From positions 75,268,001-75,332,000 of the forward strand of contig CM060731.1 of the NCBI GenBank assembly GCA_030704615.1: DNA of 64,000 nucleotides. Direction: 5' to 3'. The stretch comes from Takakia lepidozioides (taxonomy: Eukaryota; Plantae; Bryophyta). Position numbers and translations under genes: made by a program. Positions within the stretch are counted from its first letter, which is position 1; every line of letters begins with the position of its first letter. Shown one piece after another: positions 1 through 10,210 of the stretch. Under the pieces are notes generated by a model, which made no database searches, was not told the DNA's origin, and saw nothing but the letters and a program-made list of their open reading frames with translations.

Positions 1-744
1 GTGGACCGGCAGGCAAGAAGTACCGGCCACTACGGGTCTTGTTGGACTCGGGAGCTCAGCCACTGATGTTGGGCAGAGCTGCTATTGCAGGTTTGGGCCT
101 CATGGAGGCGGATATGGAGCCTTGTCCTTTCAGATACAGACATCTCTGGGAGGATCAGAGCAGGCTCGGGGCATGACACGGCATCAGTTGGCCATTAGAC
201 TGCAGCCGGATCATCCTATCGATGGCTCAGTAATGCGAGCCAAGGCCATTATGACAGACGCGGTCTCTTACGATGTCCTTGTTGGTGGGGCAGTGTTATA
301 CCCCATGGGCTTCACACTGGACTTTTGGGAGGAGTCAGCATTCTACAGGCCGGATGGCAATCAGGGGATGGTAGTCGTGCACAGCTCCTTGTGACATTCA
401 TTGGGGGTATTGCGGCTGCCCAACGGGGCAAGATGCCAACACTAGCCGCCTTTACAGCTGCAGTTAGTTGGCTGGAGAGTTGCTGGAAGGCAATGCCCAT
501 GCAGAGGATGTGCCACCTCCAGCAGAGCAGGATGACATGCATGGTATGGCGGATTTGCCTGCCATGTTGCTCACACTCCATTGTGGGGTACGAGCAAGGA
601 TTGGCAGCAGGTTGCTGATCGACGGGTGAACAAGCCTGGGTAGAGGCTTTTTGTACCGTCAGGAGAGGAGGAGAGTGCGGGTATTGCACCTGGGACACCT
701 CAGTTGTCACATTGGATACCACACCTATTATGTGGCAGTATCGG

Positions 745-1650
745 ATGAAGGCATTTGCCTTCTGGACTTGTTTGGCGGGATCAGCGGCTGGCTGCTGATT
801 GGCGCTGGGGGACAGGCAGGTGTGCGGGTAAGGCGTTACCTGTATGTGGAGAGGGATGAGACTGACGACAGCGCGATTTTTCTCACTGCCATGTTGCTCA
901 GTTGGTACAAGCAATACCCTGCTTTGCTTTGCGCAGTTTAGGCAGTCGATTGATCTGGTAGTGGCAGGTTGGCCCTGCCAAGGGCATTCATCAGCCGGGC
1001 ATGGCAATGGATTGCGAGACTCGAGGATGGGTCTGTTTGGGAGATGGTGCGGGTTTTGTGCCACTTGCAGCTTCATCAAGCTGTATCTCCAGCAACATCT
1101 TGGAGAATGTGCCACTGATGGGTGATTCTCGGGCCAGGGGGTGATGGCCAGTGTGCATCAAGTCCGGTCGTGGCTTGGGTCAGCAGTGTTGCTGGATACC
1201 GTGCAGTGGGGACGGGCTCTATAGTCATGACTTTGGTGGACTAACTTGATGCCAACCCGCACTGCTCAAGCATGCATTGATGGGGTGCAGCGGCCAGCAC
1301 ACCTCACCGTGGATGGCATTTTGGAACACAGCGAGGCAGAGTCTCAACGTGTGAGACACGATGACCGTTCGCCTTTGGCAGTGGTCAACAGGGTGGGTGG
1401 GTAAACCACGAGCAAACATTACCTACACTGCTCAGCTTCCCAGGATCCCATGCTTTTCGGGATGTGGACCTGGCCTCTGGGGATGCTCAGTGCAGCAAGT
1501 TAGTGGAGCCTAATGCCGACGAGGCGAGAGCGGGCTATGGGTTTTCCACTGGACCACGGCGGTGTGCCTTCTCTTTCTGAGGCATCACGTAGTCAGGTGT
1601 GGGGCAAGCATGGATCTCAATTGCTTGACCTGGATTATCAGCTTGGCTAT
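745..1650 (+). pseudogene. Retrotransposon-embedded C5 cytosine DNA methyltransferase domain (DNMT3-like), frameshifted
   Basis: Motifs in canonical order across frames: I ICLLDLFGGIS (~750-785); II RYLYVERDE; IV IDLVVAGWPCQGHS (~948-993); V-like GLRDSR.GLF; VI ILENV (~1097-1111); VIII-like LLD...LWWTNL (~1190-1250); IX EPNADE.ERAMGF (~1506-1546); X-like GQAMDLNCL (~1602-1627). Confidence 0.88.
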
Positions 1651-4600
1651 GGGCTGAGCAACGGAGAGTGCGGAGTGCACTTCCCTTGACGATCTCTCGC
1701 CTAACGAGAGGTACAGGCATCGAGTGGGGGCGAGCGGTGAGGACCAGGGGGTGTAGACATCCATGGCAAAGTGGAGGGTGCTCGAGGGTCAGAGGGAGTG
1801 GCAGCCAAGGAAGCGTGTGATGGATGAGGTTGGGGATTCTTCTCGGGATGAGGGAGGTTTCTCAATGATGAGATGATGGGGCAGGATGAGGCCATTGTCA
1901 TTGAATGAGCAAGAAGGGAGTACTGTCAAGGGTTGTAGCATAGCAACCACGGGACGCGTCCTTCCTCTAAGCCCACTGGACTTAAGGTTACAGTTACGGA
2001 GGACAATTGGGGAGCCTGATATTGGACCCATTGTCACCGGAGAGGGAGAGAGACGAACGTATACCGGCGGTTCCTGAGGGCTTACAGGAATGCTTTGCCT
2101 TCAGTTTGAAGGACTTGGGAGCACTGAAGGGTCAAGAGATCCGTATTGAGTGGCCACTGACACGACCAATCTTCAGGGACCCTATAGTACAGTGACATAG
2201 AGAGGTCTTTGATTCAATGAGGACTCAAGATCTCGGGGAGGCAGGTTGGTGGAGCTCTCTGGTGGAGAGTATGCTTCAGCCACAGTGATGCCAGCAAGAA
2301 GGATGTCTATGGCAATTGGACGGAGAGACGTATGTGCGGTGATTACGGCCTGTAAAATCGTCAGACCAAGTCGATAGGTATGCAATGCCGACACCAGAGG
2401 AGATCTTTGATGCCATGGGCATTCCAAGGGCTTTAGCACGTTGGATTTACGATCCGGATATCACCAGTTGCGGATCAAGGAGGCGATAAATAAGCAAAAG
2501 ACGGCATTCTGGGGGATTCAATGAGAACGGGAAGGATTGCCTATACAGTGGCGGTTCTTACCATTTGGGCTTTTAAAAAACGCTCCGCTGAGTTTCAAAG
2601 AGTCATGCAGGAAAGGATTCTAGCAGGGGTGGAGTTTGCTCAGTGACTACATAGATGACATCATCATTTTAGTGCTACGGGGAGGAGCATGAGAGACACC
2701 TTTAGGGGGTATTTGAGCGCTTGAGGGCGCACGGATTGAAGTTAGATAGTTACCTCCGGGAGGAAAGTGCAAGTTTTTCCACAACCAGATTGAGTTATCT
2801 GGGTCAAATGATATATCTGGAGGATGGGGGTACAGCAGCTAAGGTAGAGTCATTGCACAGGTTCCACGCCCCACGGATGTGAGCCGAGTAGAGGAGTTCG
2901 AGCTTTCATGGGGTTAGCAAACTATTACAGACGGTTTGTTAAGGGATTTAGTGCCATTGCAAAGGCTCTAACCAAGCTGACCAAGGTGGACCAGGAAGAT
3001 AGAGTGAGTGCAGTGGGAAAGATGAGAAAGAAAAGCTTTTCAAGAGCTCAAGGCGAGGTTGACCTCGGCGCCCATCTTGAGACGACCTATCAGGGGGTGT
3101 CCTTTTCAGCTGCATACAGATTGAAGCATGCTGGGGCTTGGAGCGGTGCTCACACAGGTGGATGATGAGGGAAGAGAGTTCGTAGTGGCTTATGTTAGCC
3201 GCTCGAACAATGCTGCAGAGTCTAAGTATAGCTCATATGAGGGAGAATGCTTAGCTGCAGTGTGGGCCGTGGCACACTTCAGTGCTATCTATACGGCAAT
3301 CTCTTCACCCTTGTCACGGATCACCAACCACTCAAGTGGTTGATGGAGTCAGACAAGCTTACGGTGAAGCTTGCACGGTGGGCACTCATCCTTCAAGTAT
3401 GACTTTCAGGTGGTGCATCGACCGGGTTTGGTCAATCGCAATGCAGATGGGTTGAGCCGCAATCCATGCACGAGCCAGTAGGATGACACTGGAACTCGGT
3501 GGCATGGTGAGACGGACGAGGAGATGGTGCCCGGATGGCATGCATCTGCATTTCTGTGTATCTTGGCAGCGGAAGGCCAGGTTGGACCTGCAACAGGGAT
3601 GACTGTAGATCAAGTGTCTGAGGACCCTGAGGCCAGCAATGAGCAAGGTGGTGGCCAAAGATATACATGAGGATTCAGTTGTGTTGGACTACCTCCGCAC
3701 TGGAGACACTACAGCCACTGTGACTGCCAAGGAGAGGGATCGGATCCTACAACGAGCCAAGAGGTTCAAGTGGGAGGGGACACACCTACTCCGAGTGTGG
3801 GAGGATGGTCGAGTGAGGATTGTGCCTCACCCAACATAGCGGACACGGTTAGTGCGGCATGCCCATGAGGAGTTGGGGCATTTTGGGGTGCGACGCACTC
3901 ATAGTCTACTGCAGGGGCAGTATTGGTGGCGTGGTATGCACACAGAGGTGCAACAATTTGTGGCTAGGTGCATGGTGGTGTGACAGGGTGCGTGCTTCAT
4001 TCAACGCCCCTACTCCACAATTGCACCCTCTTCCGATCATGGGATTGGGCTACAGGTGGAGACTTGACTTCGCAGGGCCGTTGCCACTGACCATGCGCCA
4101 CAACAAGTACGTGTTGGTGATGGTGGAGCACTTCTCCAAGTGGATTGAATTGGTTCCATTGCCTGATAAGGCTAGTGAGGGAGCTGCGTATGCATTCTTG
4201 GATTGTGTGCTTAGCCGATTCGGTGCTCCAGCTGAGGTACTCACGGACCAAGGGAGAGAGTTCTTGGGGGAGTTTTCAGGTTTTGTGTGACAAGGCCTTG
4301 ATAGACCACCGCACCACTTCTCGGGATCATCCTGAAGCCGATGGCTTGGCAGAGAGAGTTGTTCAGACAGTAAAGAGAGGTTTGCGCAAGTATGGCTTGC
4401 AGAAGGGACATCTAGGAGATTGGGACCTTCAGTTACCCTGGTTAGCCATGGGCTACAGGTTCAGCAAGCAAGCATCACTTGCCTCCTTCTCACCATACTT
4501 TCTTCTCTTTGGCCGAGAGCCGGATTTACCTACATCCATTCGCAGAGAAGCTGCTACAGTTCTTAACCCTTGACGATCCGGATGTGTGGGCACATGCATG

Positions 4601-4959
4601 TGAGCAGCGTGCAGAGTTGTTCAAGAAGTCATGCCAATGGCTTTTGAGAACCTTGCCATTGCACAACACCGTGATACGTTGAGGTATGCTACCATACGTG
4701 GTGGGGGCTATCGTCCTGGGGTTTGGAGATTCAACCCTGGTGACTACTTCTATTTGCAGCAGACTGCTCCTATGACCTTGGATGTGACTACAGGACGTGT
4801 TATTTTGAGGGTTCGAGAGGTCTTGCCCTCAGGCATCTTGGTCTTGGAGGGCCGGGATGGCATAACTTGGAAGGACCATGTGCGTAATTGTGCGCCATGT
4901 CACCTTCCGAATGTCGATGGCAGGATAGACCCAAACTTGGCAGTGGTATCTGCAGTTTG

Positions 4960-5105
4960 AGGTGCATGTTGTGGGGGTCTGCTAGAGGGGCAGCCACCAT
5001 GCTGGTGGTGATCGATGCTCTAGAGGTTGGCATATGGGATGCTTGACTCCACCTCTTGAGATGGTTCCGGATGGGGAGTGGTTATGTCCACATTGCATTG
5101 GATAG
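4960..5105 (+). pseudogene. PHD finger at the C-terminus of the integrase
   Basis: Reads RCMLWGSARGAATMLV/DRCSRGWHMGCLTPPLEMVPDGEWLCPHC*, a degenerate C4-H-C3 PHD pattern with the typical GWH..CL.PPL..VP.G.W.CP.C. Confidence 0.88.
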
Positions 5106-5354
5106 TGGGAGTGGATACAACCATGGAAGGCTAACAAGAAACGCAAGGCCAAGCTACTAGGGGACCTTGAACACACGAGGTCTTGACTCAAGTTCATAGA
5201 TTGCAAGACGACGACTAATGATGGGGCTACTCTTGTACCCGGCCTCTTGGTCTATAGAGTTTGAGTACAACAGGGACAGTGATAGAGGACTTAGTACGGC
5301 TGTGGCTATTACATCTTGTAGCTATCTGGAGTTAGAGGGACCTATCCACCAGCT

Positions 5355-5731
5355 AGGGGGGCGATTGTGGCAGACTACTTTATTGTGCATATATGTGTGG
5401 TGTGGTTTGGACAGCGATGTAGTTGTGTAGCGATATGTATGCGCACGACAGCTGTCAAGTCAAATAAGCACAGTGTGAAAACAACTAGAATAAAGCTAGT
5501 TATTTGTATTTAACACTTGGATTTAGGTCAAGTGTTAAATCAAGTGTCAAGTTTAGTTTGACACCTTAACCGCCTTATCTTCACGAGAGCGGCAGTCGCG
5601 TAGCTCATCTCTCTCGAGTTGAGCTTGCGCGACCGAGCTCCTTCATGCGTTTAGATCTGAGTGTGCTTATGATGGGAGTGTAGGTTGTTGTGGGGTGGAG
5701 TCCCCATAGCGTGGGGTGCCCCTGGCTCGAC
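5355..5731 (+). repeat. Polypurine tract and 3' LTR of the DNMT-carrying element
   Basis: AGGGGGGCGA immediately precedes TGTGGCAGAC at 5366. The right end (~5731) is only approximate. Confidence 0.65.
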
Positions 5732-5792
5732 TTCTATTTTAAAGAGTAATAGCGATGGATTTCAATATTCTTGTGTTGAGAATGTGTGTCCT

Positions 5793-5880
5793 TGTAGCAG
5801 ACTACTTTATTGTGCATATATGTGTGGTGTGGTTTGGACAGCGATGTAGTTGTGTAGCGATATGTATGCGCACGACAGCT
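5793..5880 (+). repeat. 88-bp second copy of the LTR 5' end (matches 5366-5453)
   Basis: Near-identical direct repeat, TGT(G/A)GCAGACTACTTTATTG...CGCACGACAGCT. Confidence 0.9.
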
Positions 5881-6007
5881 TTTTATTGTAAGTTCTAGCT
5901 TAACCCCTAAACGCCAACAGCTTAATTCACAAAAGTCTGCAGAATCCAATCCTGGGGCCACCTTCTTACTTATAACTAAGACTTTGCTCAGTTTACAGAA
6001 GTTCATT

Positions 6008-6732
6008 GTTTTTTTTTGTTTTTTTTTTTTAATTATAAAGGGAAACACCTGGGAGCTACATCTCACAAATCAGGCCCCTTGATAGAGAGAGGAGAAAATA
6101 ACCTCAGGTCCACACGGCAAAAATCTGTCCATCCCATCCGGACGTGTCGGCTGCAGCGGGTGTGGCCGGGGTCCACCCTTGAGGAACGCGACGGCGAGGA
6201 AGGGACGGACGGCCTGGCCACTGTAGGTACTTCCCGCTGTCCGTCACTGCCCGTCCCATCCCTCATTCCTTCTCCCTGGCTATCATGGCTAAAACATGTG
6301 TGTAGGGTTTAGCCGGAGGGCTCTTTACGAGAGCTTCTCTTGCTAAACTTATATGTTGCGTCACGTGTGTACTCCTTGGCTATAATGGCTAAAACATGTG
6401 TGTAGGGTTTAGCCGGAGGGCTCTTTATGAGAGCTTCTCTTGCTAAACTTATATGTTTGCGTCACACATGTGTACTATCGCGTGTGAACATGTTGCACCG
6501 TCAGTCCCGTCCGTCCCCCTCCACACGTGTGGAGGGCCCACCACTATGGCTAGATGGGATGGACGGATTTTTGCTGTGTGAACCTGCCTTCAGTAACCTA
6601 GCCGTAAGGCTTTCTGATGCGACATTGCGCAAAGGAGGGGGAGAAGAGCGTACCACACCCGTCAAGTAGCAGGATTTGACCCAGGGTCATCCGGATGGCA
6701 CTCAGTGTACTTTACCAACTGAGCTACTGACT
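6008..6732 (-). mobile_element. tRNA-derived SINE, interrupted by a MITE
   Basis: Minus-strand head AGTCAGTAGCTCAGTTGG (A box) ... GGGTCAAATCC (B box). Body is homologous to ~39005-39215. A T-run at 6008-6030 is the A-rich tail. Confidence 0.75.
6105..6586. mobile_element. MITE with ~33-bp imperfect TIRs and 3-bp TSD (CCT)
   Basis: Left end CAGGTCCACACGGCAAAAATCTGTCCATCCCATC; right end GATGGGATGGACGGATTTTTGCTGTGTGAACCTG; CCT on both flanks. Internal ~100-bp tandem duplication (6278-6478). The SINE copy near 39080 shows the empty site. Confidence 0.85.
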
Positions 6733-7599
6733 ATTGGTTAGTTTAACCCTTAAGTGCCAAAACTCACTAGGGCTTCGCGTTGCTCCGCACTACTAGCGAC
6801 GAATTCTGAGAACTACGTTCAATTTTTCATAAAAAAAAAAGGGGTGGTCATCCCAGTGTTACATGCAGAGATCCCGTGTTTGGTTTTTTCTGGAATAAAA
6901 ATGGCGGATCTGCATTTCAATGTTCAATTTTCACAAGCTGCATCAATCAATAACAACATACCCAAGTACCCTTACATTCACTATATGAACTTTCAAGCAG
7001 CCACCATGGGATTGGATCTTGGTGGGTTAAGGCTAGCTTTTGACAATATTCATGTAAGTTCATCAAGGGCTCCATCCAAAGCCACACCATGAGAAATAAA
7101 CAAACATGTCCAAATTTAAGATGTTGAAGAAACTTGTGCACAGTGCTGCCTCTCTCATCAAACTCATTAAAATTCGTATTCACTTCCATCTTCAAGCTTT
7201 GGAGAAGCTACACCACCCAAACCCAGAATTAGGATAGCACTCTGATTTCCATCCACTATCACCAGAATCAGTCAAAAATCACCCCTTCAGTCAAGTGCAA
7301 TTGTGGGCTGACTTCCTACCTATGCCGGTAGACCCCACTATCAGGAAATGGTGGATGGTCTGAGTAGCTACACAGATCAATGAATGAAGCAAGACAAGTA
7401 TGAGAACCAAGCCTGCACTTGCCCAAAGCTCTTGTCAGAAATTTAGCCGGGGGCGGAAAGAGGAGGAGGACATGTTGGTGGAGTTGGCTCATGAAAGAAA
7501 AAAAGGAAGTCCATGTAAGGGAGACCCAAAGCCTATGGACACAAACAAGAAAAGATAGAGAGATAAGGAAAATATCCTAGCTTCATTGCACTACTTAAT

Positions 7600-10210
7600 G
7601 AGTTGTTATGGTAAATGGAACTTTGCTTTGCTCTTCCTCCTTCAAGTGCTTATAAGTCATCAGCTAGCGCAATGGAGGCTATCCATATCTTCATATCCTC
7701 TCACAGCAACTCAGTAAAAGACAAAGGGTTCCATGCACCTCTTTGCTTTTTCAGCCAGACTGTTGAAAACTCCCTTCGCATCCTTCATGCACCCACATTG
7801 GCAAACAGGTCAACCAGGGCAGTGACATCTGTACAATCCAGCTTTGACGATGTCACCATGGACCTCCTTCCCCTTTTCCAGAGCTTCTTTCATTGTCAGC
7901 TGCTAGCAGCAAGGCAAGGACCTATGCATGATTTGTTCTAGGAAACACCCAACTCAACTATTCACACTATTCTACAACAAAATGTATGCATCTGGTTGTC
8001 CACCTCAATACAGCAGTGAGACCTGGCTCCTTTCTGAGACCTCTGTCCCTCATCATTTTTTACACCTTCGCAGTATCGCCCCCCCTGCCAGCCTTGAAAG
8101 TAACACGTAAATAGCAGCATCCTGTGGATCCCATTTAGAAAGGCATTTTGCTGCACTTTCTGCCACCTCCACATTGCCATGAATTCTGCAAGCACCAAGC
8201 AAGGTCTGCCACACTGAAGCAGCTGGTTCGATTGGCATTTTGTTCATGAAGTCCTCTGCCACCTCCACTCAACCTGCGTGGCCAAAAAGGTCCACAATGC
8301 AGCCAAAATGCTCCATTGTAGGAGCGAGGCCATGATTTTGACTCACGGAATCAAACCATGCTGGGCATATCCTGCAATCATCGCATTCCACGACACCACA
8401 TTTCATTCAGCCATATTGTCAAATACTCCCTTTGCATCCTTCATGCACCCACATTTTGCATACATGTCCACCAGGGCAGTGTCCAGAATGACATTTGGTA
8501 CAATTCCAGCTTTGACGATGCAAGCATGGACCTCTTTGCCCTTTTCTAGAGCTGCCAGGCTTGCACACACACTGCAAACACACACAAACGTGATGTAGTC
8601 GAGCTTCGCCCCTTCGCACATCATTTGCTCATAGGTGTCCAAAGCCTCCATCCCGCGTCCGTCCTGTGCATACCCTGTGTTGGGCAGTGTTCAGAATGAC
8701 ATCTGGTACAATTCCAGATTTGACGATGTCACCATGGACCTCTGTCCACTTTTCCAGGGCTGCCAGGCTTGCACACACACTGCAAATGCAAACAAACGTG
8801 CCTTTAGTTGACCATCTACCAATGCAGGTTTCTTGTACTTATTTATCCACAAGGAATCATAGGTAATCTGGAGCTTGAAGTCCAGTCCCCTTGGATGAAT
8901 CTGGACCCACACTCTATCCCTGCTCCTTCAGCTATCCATGCCTCTGCACAAATCATGCATACATCCTTGTCTTGCTGCTAGCAGTTGACAATGACAACCT
9001 GCTCAACAAAGTTCTCTGGAATACAGCTATGCCCTTCGTAAGTAGGTTAAACTTATTAGCTTATCAAGGGAGCTACATGGGCATAGGACTATAAGATAAA
9101 ACCAAAACAGGGAGATGCTATGACAAAGACCACAAAAAGCACGGGAATAGACATACTCAAATTGGGCCGATTAAGACAATGTAAATAATGTCACAATGCC
9201 CAGATTGTCTTGATCAAGGGAGCAAGGCTTGCCGTATCCTTATGCGCCCTCACAAGAGCAAGTTGCAAAGACCCCAAGCTCTCTTTGCGGATACAAAAAA
9301 CTTGAACCAAATGTTGTTCTTGACAGGTGCAAGCATGAGGTGTTCATCTTGCATCTCAAGGCAGAATTGTCTATCTCGAAATTCTCAAGTTGTGGTGCTC
9401 AGGGAACTGACAGCGAGCAGTCGCCTGGATGTTGTTCCAAGCTCACGAGATTACTGTCTCCATTTTGAACCAACCTTTTGGTAACCCAAAGCTTGAGTAG
9501 CATATTTCAATCTGGAAGCTACAAAGACTTTTATGGAACTGCTACTGAATATTGTGGCTTCTCCTCATCTCTGTTACCTCCAACAGGCATTCACCTTTTT
9601 GCCTCGATTGTCCCACCATTGACGGGGGTCAGAAAAGTATTCATTCCATAGCTTCTCCTCGTCTCTGTTACCTATTTCTGGATACTTTCCTGTTGTCACA
9701 CTGGCAGTATCATGTCAAAGTCACTCCAAACTATCAAAGCTTCACTCAACCAGCTAACTTGCAGAGTTCTACATGAAAATTTAGGGCCGATTCTGATAAG
9801 AGGGGAAAACAGGGTGAAATGTGTTGAAGAAGGTGCCTGCATTAGCAGTGCCTCGTTCTATCAATTGTACCGCTGCCGCTGCTATTTCCAATTGACTGCG
9901 ATCGGAAAAGTGTTCACTCCAAAGTTTCTCCTCATCTCTACTATCTGTTTTTGGATATTTTCCTGCTGCCACATCGGCAGTAACTTGTCAAAGTCACTCC
10001 AAACCACCACAGATCCACCCAACGAGCTAACTTATAAAATTCAATATACATCTCAGGGCCGAGTCTGATGCAAGGGCACAACAGGCTGAAATAGGTCGAA
10101 GAAGAAGGTGCGCTTACCACATTGTCCATGACCTTGTGTCATCATCTAGCAAGATTTGGCCGACCATCACCCCAAAAAAACCTCTTGTGTGTGCTGCTTG
10201 TGTCTGTAGA
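7600..10210 (-). pseudogene. Rearranged PLS/E-class PPR plus OSB-type PDF-motif pseudogene fragments
   Basis: PPR motifs ALEKGKEVHACIVKAG..DTALVDMYAKCGCMKDAKGVFDNM (8403-8651). E domain MPIEPAASVWQTLLGACRIHGNVEVAESAA (8053-8268). PDF halves EEKLWNEYFSDPRQWWDNRGKKVN (~9590-9665) and HPRGLDFKLQITYDSLWINKYKKP (~8810-8900). Confidence 0.85.

Larger units (their letters stand above)
1..5731 (+). mobile_element. Ty3/Gypsy LTR retrotransposon (5' part outside window), frameshifted pol: protease - C5 DNA methyltransferase - RT - RNase H - integrase - PHD, followed by PPT and 3' LTR
   Basis: Protease VLLDSGAQPLMLG at ~37. RT motifs LDLRSGYHQL (~2440) and YIDDIII (~2648). RNase [34 protein letters not shown] (3128-3343). 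Integrase HEELGHFG, LDFAGPLP, VEHFSKWIE, VLTDQGREF, HPEADGLAERVVQTVK (3860-4400). RT-RH-INT order is Gypsy type. Confidence 0.95.

Noticed and set aside
312-1115. 267-aa minus-strand ORF
   Set aside because: Antisense shadow of the pol/MTase region with no recognisable motifs.
745-1650. Bacterial restriction-modification methyltransferase or contamination
   Set aside because: It lies collinear between retroviral-type protease and RT, has DNMT3-like motif VIII-X spacing, and the window holds intron-containing plant genes.
8053-8651. Functional PPR editing-factor gene
   Set aside because: Motifs are split by frameshifts, deletions and rearrangement; no continuous ORF or DYW domain was seen.
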